Origin: Anaerolineaceae bacterium UBA5838
GTDB lineage: Bacteria; Chloroflexota; Anaerolineae; Anaerolineales; Anaerolineaceae
Assembly (NCBI GenBank): GCA_002432795.1
Contig: DJGU01000092.1
Location: 203-51,243 of the forward strand
Direction of reading: 5' to 3'
Length of the DNA: 51,041 nucleotides
In this document: in pieces, positions 45,153-51,041 of the stretch
How the letters are laid out: every line of letters begins with the position of its first letter
Position numbering within the stretch: the stretch's first letter is position 1
Program-made: the position numbers and the translations under genes
Notes under the pieces: generated by a model
The model's input: the letters and a program-made list of their open reading frames with translations, nothing else
Databases searched by the model: none
Told to the model about the DNA's origin: nothing

Positions 45153-46913
45153 ATGTCAATAAGCGAATTTAACAGTCCTTTTCGATATAAAACGATACGC
45201 ACTAACGCGTTCAGTTGGGTGGCATCGCATGCTTTGCATCACTGGGCTATCTTCCTGGTAGCCATTATTGGTGCGGCCGGCAATGCTGCCCTGGCTTCAA
45301 TCCCGGCAATTCAATTTGGTATCGTTTTTGAAAACCTGACCAGCGGCAATCCCTTGCCCTCAATTTTCTTACGCGCCGGTGTGCTGGTTGGAATATCTCA
45401 GATCATCCGCGGATTAATGCAGTTTTTCCGCAATTTTGGTTTCGAAGTTACTGCCCAACGTATCGAACGCGATGTGCGGGATGAGTTTTACACCAGTCTG
45501 CTGGGCAAGAGCATGACTTTCCACTCCTTGCAGTCCATTGGTGACTTGATGGCACGCGCCACCAACGACATCCGCGAAGTCAACTATATCTTCAGCCCAG
45601 GCCTCAACATGGTATTGGGCTCGATCAACTTCTTGTTCATTCCCATTGGCGTTGGTTTGTCCATTCACCCCGCTTTGCTGCTGACCCCGGTCTTATTCAT
45701 TATTTTCTATTTTGTCGCAATTGTCCACTTCCTGAGGATCCTTGAACCTGTCACACGCGAGGTTCGCTCAACATTCGGCAGACTCAACAGCCGCCTGGCA
45801 GAAGACATCGACGGAATAGAGACGGTCAAAGCAGCATCCCAGGAAGAAGCTGAGATTGATCTCTTCAAAGTAAACTCGCAAGCTTTTCGCGACGCAAACG
45901 TCAAACAAGGTGATATCGAAGCCCGTTTTATCCCGCTCCTTTTATTGGCCTTGGCTATGGGCTTTGGCTTAACGCATGCTCTCTTGCTTCACCGGCAGGG
46001 GCTGATCTCATTAGGCAGTGTCATCTCGTACTTCAGCTCTCTCTCTTTGCTCGGATTTCCAACGCGCACCTCCATCCGTTCTTACTCGCAAATATCGCTT
46101 GGGGTTGCCGGCGCGCGCAGGTTGCTTTCCATTATGAACAGCGAGAACAATCTCGATCAAAATGAATCCGGATACAGTGCTGTGATCAAAGGCAAGGTCA
46201 ACTTTGAAAATGTCAGTTTTGCTTATGACGGCGAAAACCTGAATCTGCACGACCTGAGTTTTGAAGTCAACCCCGGGCAGACTGTGGCAATTGTCGGGCA
46301 AACCGGTTCCGGAAAAACCAGTCTGGTTCGTCTGATTAACCGCACCTATGATCCCCTTTCGGGTAGTGTCTACATTGATGGGATCGACTTGCGGGATTGG
46401 AAACTGGATAGCCTCCGCAGTCAGATCTCGATCATCGAACAGGATGTGTTCTTGTTTTCAAAATCAGTCGCTGAAAATATCGCTTTTGGCAAACCAAACG
46501 CTACTCAAGAGGAAATCGTAATTGCGGCAGAGAAGGCTCAGGCAAACGGCTTCATTGATGAACTGCCGGAAGGCTACGACACGGTTATCGGAGAAAGAGG
46601 GACAACCATTTCCGGTGGTCAGCGGCAGCGCCTTGCGCTTGCCAGAGCCTTCCTGACAGACCCCAAGATCCTGATCCTGGACGACTCAACCAGTGCCATC
46701 GACAGCAAAACCGAAGACGAGATCCAACAGGCTATCAAGCTGGCTTCGGAAGGCAGAACCACCTTCATCATCACCCACCGCCTTTCCCAGATCCGTTGGG
46801 CGGATCTGATCATCGTCATGCGCAAAGGGCGCATCTCTGCCATCGGCACACACGATCAATTGATGGAGACTTCTAAATCTTACCGAAACATCTTCGCGGA
46901 GGCAAAAGAGTAA
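45153..46913 (+). CDS. ABC exporter half-transporter (TMD-NBD), subunit with a degenerate Walker B/catalytic residue
   Basis: Walker A GQTGSGKTS, signature ISGGQRQRLALARA, Walker B ILILDDSTSAID. Asp replaces the catalytic Glu. Confidence 0.85.
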   Translation: MSISEFNSPFRYKTIRTNAFSWVASHALHHWAIFLVAIIGAAGNAALASIPAIQFGIVFENLTSGNPLPSIFLRAGVLVGISQIIRGLMQFFRNFGFEVTAQRIERDVRDEFYTSLLGKSMTFHSLQSIGDLMARATNDIREVNYIFSPGLNMVLGSINFLFIPIGVGLSIHPALLLTPVLFIIFYFVAIVHFLRILEPVTREVRSTFGRLNSRLAEDIDGIETVKAASQEEAEIDLFKVNSQAFRDANVKQGDIEARFIPLLLLALAMGFGLTHALLLHRQGLISLGSVISYFSSLSLLGFPTRTSIRSYSQISLGVAGARRLLSIMNSENNLDQNESGYSAVIKGKVNFENVSFAYDGENLNLHDLSFEVNPGQTVAIVGQTGSGKTSLVRLINRTYDPLSGSVYIDGIDLRDWKLDSLRSQISIIEQDVFLFSKSVAENIAFGKPNATQEEIVIAAEKAQANGFIDELPEGYDTVIGERGTTISGGQRQRLALARAFLTDPKILILDDSTSAIDSKTEDEIQQAIKLASEGRTTFIITHRLSQIRWADLIIVMRKGRISAIGTHDQLMETSKSYRNIFAEAKE

Positions 46914-48769
46914 TGGGCTTCCATCAAGGTCTCAGCGGTGAACTTTATGATCGTCAATATAGCAACAAAGCCCTGCTCAGCCGCATCTGGGATTACGCCA
47001 AAGGTCATCGCAAATACATCGCGTGGATGAGCGTCAGCATCATTCTGCAGGGTCTTTTTGCCGCTTTACCTCCTCTGTTGATCTCGAATGTCCTTGATGA
47101 GGGCATTGCCGGCGTTCCAAACGAAACAGCCTATGCCATCCTGGTAGCAGGCATTCTCTTCCTTGAGGTGATGGACTTCGTTTTCTACTATATAATCAGG
47201 CGGCTTTTATCTCGCGTCACCGCGGACATGAACCGTGATCTGTCTGTTGACGCTTTCGCATCATCCATCAAACAGGATCTCGCCTTCCATGACCGCCTTT
47301 CATCCGGGCGCATTGTCTCCCGAATCACCACTGACACTAATGACTTCTCTATGCTGATCAGGCTGACAATGGATGTTGCAGGCAGCACCGTTCAATCTGT
47401 CGTGACTGCCATCATCCTGTTCAATGCCGAGTGGCGGCTCGCGTTGGCCTTGATGGCTTTTGTTCCGCTCGTCATGCTCATTGTGTCTCAGTTCCGCAAA
47501 CTTGCGCGCCGCGTTACCACCAGGGGCATGCGTGCCATGGCAAATGTGAACGCCACCATCAAAGAAACGATCAGCGGCATCTCCGTTGCCAAAAATTTCC
47601 GCCAGGAAGAAGAAATATACCGGGATTTTGATGCCTCGAACACCACTTCTTACAAAGTCAATGTGCAGCGGGGTTTTGTACTATCGATCGTTTTTCCGAT
47701 CATGCGCACCCTTAGTGGCATCAGCATCGCGCTCCTGGTTTATTTTGGCGCATTGAGTGTCACCCAGGGACTGATCACCGCTGGTGCCTGGTATATGATT
47801 CTGCTGGCAAGCGACCGCTTCCTGATGCCTATTTTGAGCATCACCTCTTACTGGACCCAGGTACAGACTGGACTTTCAGCTGCAGAGCGCATTTTTGCCT
47901 TGATCGATTCAGAACATTCGGTCATTCAGACTAATAATCTCAAGGTTGACAGTCTATCTGGCAAAATTGATTTCAATCAGCTCAGTTTCAACTACGCGAC
48001 CGGTGGAAACGTGCTCAACAATTTTGATCTCCACATCGCACCCGGAGAAAATATTGCAATCGTTGGACATACTGGCGCCGGAAAATCCTCGATCGCCAGG
48101 TTGATAACCCGTTTCTATGAGTTCCAGGAAGGTCAACTGCTCCTTGACGACATCGACATTCGCCAGTTCGATCTGCCTTCCCTGCGGCGAAACATGGGCA
48201 TCGTCACCCAGGTACCCTTCCTCTTCGATGGTACGGTCGAAGAAAACATCCGCTTTGCCGCTCCCAACATCAGTCGGGAGGAAATCACCCAGCTTGCTAA
48301 CCAAATCGGCAACGGTGAATGGCTCGAAACTTTCTCGAACGGGCTTGATACACAAGTCGGCGAACGCGGTGCCCACATCTCCATGGGGCAGCGGCAGTTA
48401 GTGGCACTGATGCGCGTTTTGGCGCATAAACCCGCCATTTTTATCCTTGATGAAGCTACCGCCAGCATTGATCCTTTTACGGAATATCAGATCCAACAGG
48501 CTCTGGGGCTGATTTTGCAGTGCTCAACCAGCATCCTCATTGCTCATCGTCTTTCCACTGTCAGGTCGGCTGACCGCATCATCGTGCTTGACCGCGGCTC
48601 CATCATTGAAGAGGGTAATCATCAGGGCTTGTTGGAGCAAGGTGGTCACTATGCGGAGCTCTACAATACTTATTTCCGCCACCAATCGCTCAAATACGTT
48701 GAAGAAGCCGGGCAAATCCTTGGCAAAAGCACCCCAACAGAATTACCTCCTGAAATCCTCTATAATTAG
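46913..48769 (+). CDS. ABC exporter half-transporter (TMD-NBD), subunit with a degenerate signature motif
   Basis: Walker A GHTGAGKSS, signature ISMGQRQLVALMRV, Walker B IFILDEATASID. The start overlaps the upstream stop (TAATG). Confidence 0.85.
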   Translation: MGFHQGLSGELYDRQYSNKALLSRIWDYAKGHRKYIAWMSVSIILQGLFAALPPLLISNVLDEGIAGVPNETAYAILVAGILFLEVMDFVFYYIIRRLLSRVTADMNRDLSVDAFASSIKQDLAFHDRLSSGRIVSRITTDTNDFSMLIRLTMDVAGSTVQSVVTAIILFNAEWRLALALMAFVPLVMLIVSQFRKLARRVTTRGMRAMANVNATIKETISGISVAKNFRQEEEIYRDFDASNTTSYKVNVQRGFVLSIVFPIMRTLSGISIALLVYFGALSVTQGLITAGAWYMILLASDRFLMPILSITSYWTQVQTGLSAAERIFALIDSEHSVIQTNNLKVDSLSGKIDFNQLSFNYATGGNVLNNFDLHIAPGENIAIVGHTGAGKSSIARLITRFYEFQEGQLLLDDIDIRQFDLPSLRRNMGIVTQVPFLFDGTVEENIRFAAPNISREEITQLANQIGNGEWLETFSNGLDTQVGERGAHISMGQRQLVALMRVLAHKPAIFILDEATASIDPFTEYQIQQALGLILQCSTSILIAHRLSTVRSADRIIVLDRGSIIEEGNHQGLLEQGGHYAELYNTYFRHQSLKYVEEAGQILGKSTPTELPPEILYN

Positions 48770-48782
48770 CAGAGGAGAAGTT

Positions 48783-49832
48783 ATGCCAAAAGTCATTGTA
48801 GCCATGAGTGGTGGCGTAGATAGCGCAGTTGCAGCCGCCTTGTTGATCAGGCAAGGTTACGACGTGGAAGGTTTAACCCTTCAGCTTTGGCATGCCAACC
48901 GGATGGATCAAAAAGGACTCGAAGCCGCTCAGCAGGTTGCCAGGCAGTTAAGCATCCCCTTGCACGTCGTAGACGCACGTGAATCTTTCCGCCGGAAGAT
49001 TGTGGAAGCCTTCATCGCCAGCCACCTGGCAAACGAAACCCCCAATCCCTGCGTCCTTTGCAACCCTGCCCTCAAGTGGGCTGAGATGATCGCTGTTGCT
49101 GATGCGCAAGGGGCAGAATATGTGGCAACAGGTCACTATGCGCGCGTTCTCCAGGCTGCTGATGGCAAGTTTGAACTCTGGCGAGCCACTGACCCTGCCA
49201 AAGACCAATCTTACGTGCTGAGCAATCTGAACCAGCAGGAACTGAAAAGATCAATTCTTCCCCTTGGCGAACTGCGAAAACCAGAGGTGAGGGTAATCGC
49301 CCAAAGCCTTGAACTGGCAGTTTCGCAGACACCCGACAGCCAGGACCTCTGTTTCGTTGACCAGGAAGACTACCAACAATTCTTGCGCGACTATGCCCCT
49401 GAGGCAACCAAACCCGGAGAGATTCGGACTGCCAACGGGCGGCTTTTGGGCATGCACCAGGGCTTGGCTTTTTACACCATCGGGCAAAGGAAAGGCCTGC
49501 CTGCCTATACTGAAGCCCTTTACGTCCTCGAAAAAAGACCTGAAACCAACACTCTGGTCGTCGGAACAGTCAACCAGCTGGGAAGCAGCCAGTTTCTCGT
49601 GCGCCCGGTAAACTGGATCAGCGGCGAAACGCCTGACCTGCCTATGGCTTGCGAGGTGAAGATCCGATACCGGGCAATTCCCGTCAGTTCAAGGCTTAGC
49701 ACGTTTGATAACAGCAGTTTGCTGGTTGAGACCTACCTGCCCCTGCGGGATATCACTCCCGGGCAGAGCGCGGTATTTTACGAAGGCCAAAAAGTGCTCG
49801 GTGGCGGCGTCATTCGGGCAGATGGAAAGTAA
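48783..49832 (+). CDS. mnmA: tRNA 2-thiouridine(34) synthase
   Basis: PP-loop VAMSGGVDSAV, NPCVLCN, DQSYVL. ATG 48783 is preceded by GGAGAAG. The track ORF start at 48540 lies inside the upstream gene. Confidence 0.9.
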   Translation: MPKVIVAMSGGVDSAVAAALLIRQGYDVEGLTLQLWHANRMDQKGLEAAQQVARQLSIPLHVVDARESFRRKIVEAFIASHLANETPNPCVLCNPALKWAEMIAVADAQGAEYVATGHYARVLQAADGKFELWRATDPAKDQSYVLSNLNQQELKRSILPLGELRKPEVRVIAQSLELAVSQTPDSQDLCFVDQEDYQQFLRDYAPEATKPGEIRTANGRLLGMHQGLAFYTIGQRKGLPAYTEALYVLEKRPETNTLVVGTVNQLGSSQFLVRPVNWISGETPDLPMACEVKIRYRAIPVSSRLSTFDNSSLLVETYLPLRDITPGQSAVFYEGQKVLGGGVIRADGK

Positions 49833-49836
49833 GTAT

Positions 49837-50604
49837 ATGAAAAGCATCGAACTCTCCTTTTTTCAGTACTCTGAAGGCAAATGGCAGACTCAAACAGGTC
49901 AGGTTCCCCTCGAACAGGCAGTCACCCTGATCGTCAACGGCAAGCCCTGGATGGAAATGCTCTGCACTCCTGCAATGATCGCCGAATTGGCAGTCGGTTT
50001 TCTTTACAACGAGCGCCTGATTAACTCCGCGGAAGAAATTACGCGAGTGCACGTCTGCGATACCGCGGATTTTGTGGAAGTAGACACTCCCTCACCCATC
50101 AACAAACCATCAAACTGGATCAAAACCACCGGCTGCGGCGGCGGGCAAACTGCCCAGCGGCTCGAACAGCCGGAGAAGCCCGACCTGAATGAAGTCACTT
50201 TGAGCGCTGAAACTGTTGCCAGGTTGCTGGATGAATTCCTGAAAACACAACACGCCCATACAACCTCCCGCGGTGTCCACTGCTCGGCAATTGCCGATGG
50301 CGCAAACATTCTGCTATTGGCTGACGATATCGGCAGACACAACACCCTGGATAAACTGATGGGTTTCATTCTGCTCAGGGAACCCTCGCTCAAACCGTCC
50401 ATCATGCTCACCACCGGGCGCATCAGTTCAGAAATGCTGCAAAAATCTGCTCGCATGGGCGTGTCGGTTGTGATCTCGCTTACCTCCCCCAACACCACCA
50501 CGGTCGAGCTGGCACAAGAAATGGGCATAACCCTCATCGGCTATGCCAGGGGCTCTCGCTTCAACGTCTACTCCCACCCGGAGCGCTTTACAGATCTGAG
50601 TTAA
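49837..50604 (+). CDS. fdhD: Formate dehydrogenase accessory sulfurtransferase FdhD
   Basis: GCGGG loop, GRHNTLDKLMG, TGRISSEMLQKSARMGV. ATG 49837 lies 4 nt after the mnmA stop. Confidence 0.85.
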   Translation: MKSIELSFFQYSEGKWQTQTGQVPLEQAVTLIVNGKPWMEMLCTPAMIAELAVGFLYNERLINSAEEITRVHVCDTADFVEVDTPSPINKPSNWIKTTGCGGGQTAQRLEQPEKPDLNEVTLSAETVARLLDEFLKTQHAHTTSRGVHCSAIADGANILLLADDIGRHNTLDKLMGFILLREPSLKPSIMLTTGRISSEMLQKSARMGVSVVISLTSPNTTTVELAQEMGITLIGYARGSRFNVYSHPERFTDLS

Positions 50605-50610
50605 AAAAGC

Positions 50611-50928
50611 GCGTAAGGTTAAAGCCTGTGAATCTTGTTTACTTGTAGGGCTGAGGCCTGCCTCAGCCAGGATGATGTGGCCAATAAACCTCTTGTACCC
50701 TGTAGGGCTGAGGCCTGCCTCAGCCAGAATGATGTGGCGGGTGTGCCACGAGGAACAGGCAGGCCGGTTCCCTACTGAGCTTGTGAGGCGTGTAAGGTTG
50801 AGGTCTGTTTCAACAAGATTGAGTGGCATCTAAATCTCTTGTACCTTGTATGGCTAAGGCCTGTTTCAACAAGATTAAGTGGCATCTAAACCTCGTGTAC
50901 CCTGTAGGGCTGAGGCCTGAGTTAAGAC
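50611..50928. repeat. Degenerate tandem array (about 5 units of ~57 nt) of the REP-like family also seen at 1-152
   Basis: Unit consensus is roughly TTGTACCyTGTAGGGCTGAGGCCTG(CCTCAGCC|TTTCAACA)AGAwTrAkGTGGC..TAAAyCTC. Perfect hairpins GGCTGAGG-CCTG-CCTCAGCC lie at 50649-50668 and 50706-50725. Confidence 0.7.
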
Positions 50929-51041
50929 AGTGATTGTTTACACTTTGTTTGAGGGGATAATTTACATTTTTATCCATCAAACACATCACTTTTGAGGGAC
51001 GTGCTGATCCAAGTAATCAACAATAACGGGTAACCAGAGGC

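Noticed and set aside
50428-50829. The 133-aa minus-strand ORF with the repeated peptide HIILAEAGLSPT.
   Set aside because: It is a translation artefact of the tandem DNA repeats, and it overlaps the 3-prime end of fdhD on the opposite strand.
50611-50928. A CRISPR array, given the regularly spaced repeats with hairpin potential.
   Set aside because: The units are contiguous and degenerate, with no unique spacers of constant length between identical repeats. No cas genes are nearby. The same words occur singly at 1-152. It is a REP-like tandem array instead.
1-51041. tRNA (including selC), rRNA, tmRNA, RNase P RNA, riboswitches (FMN upstream of the rib genes, arginine-related upstream of argF), transposases and integrases.
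   Set aside because: I scanned the intergenic regions by eye for T-loop (GGTTCGAATCC-like) and other hallmark strings and found none. This is a weak negative, because no covariance-model search was possible.

Overview
51-kb chromosomal window with about 48 protein genes. I recognised no rRNA, tRNA, CRISPR array or transposase. The protein flavour suggests a Chloroflexota/Anaerolineae-like bacterium, but that is inference only. All calls rest on reading the sequence and on motif recognition; no searches were run.

Most of the content is housekeeping with a strong thiol/NADPH-redox theme:
- trxB, a YyaL thioredoxin-domain protein and an NAD(P)HX epimerase.
- A divergent pentose-phosphate unit (pgl ... 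gnd versus zwf) with riboflavin-pathway genes embedded in it.
- Two mercuric-reductase-like flavoprotein disulfide reductases, a YnjB-like ABC importer, and a ZAS anti-sigma/ECF sigma pair.
- An M20 dipeptidase ... ybeY operon, argF-rocD-pyk, korAB with a GntR regulator, a heterodimeric ABC exporter, mnmA and fdhD.

The main hidden signal is at 16.7-19.1 kb, directly downstream of zwf. Three consecutive genes are each broken in the ORF track by an in-frame TGA.
- Two reconstruct cleanly as selenoproteins. One is deiodinase-like (FGSFT-U-PYC) and one belongs to the GrdB/selenoprotein-B family (VPV-U-PVC). Each TGA is followed, after exactly 10 nt, by a GC-rich hairpin with a CGUG apical loop, which is a candidate bacterial SECIS.
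- The gene between them is an ECF sigma factor cut by TGA exactly in the sigma2-sigma4 linker, with no convincing SECIS. It could be a split sigma, a pseudogene, or a selenium/readthrough-dependent sigma.

Other observations:
- A ~93-nt non-coding element, about 80% identical between copies, lies upstream of both trxB and the sigma/anti-sigma operon. An inverted core copy faces the M20 dipeptidase operon. Together these look like a SigR/RsrA-like regulon signature.
- There are two gene relics: a sugar-kinase N-terminus and a CBM48-like fragment.
- A REP-like hairpin repeat family with compensatory stem changes sits at both window ends.
- Several intergenic stretches remain unexplained.
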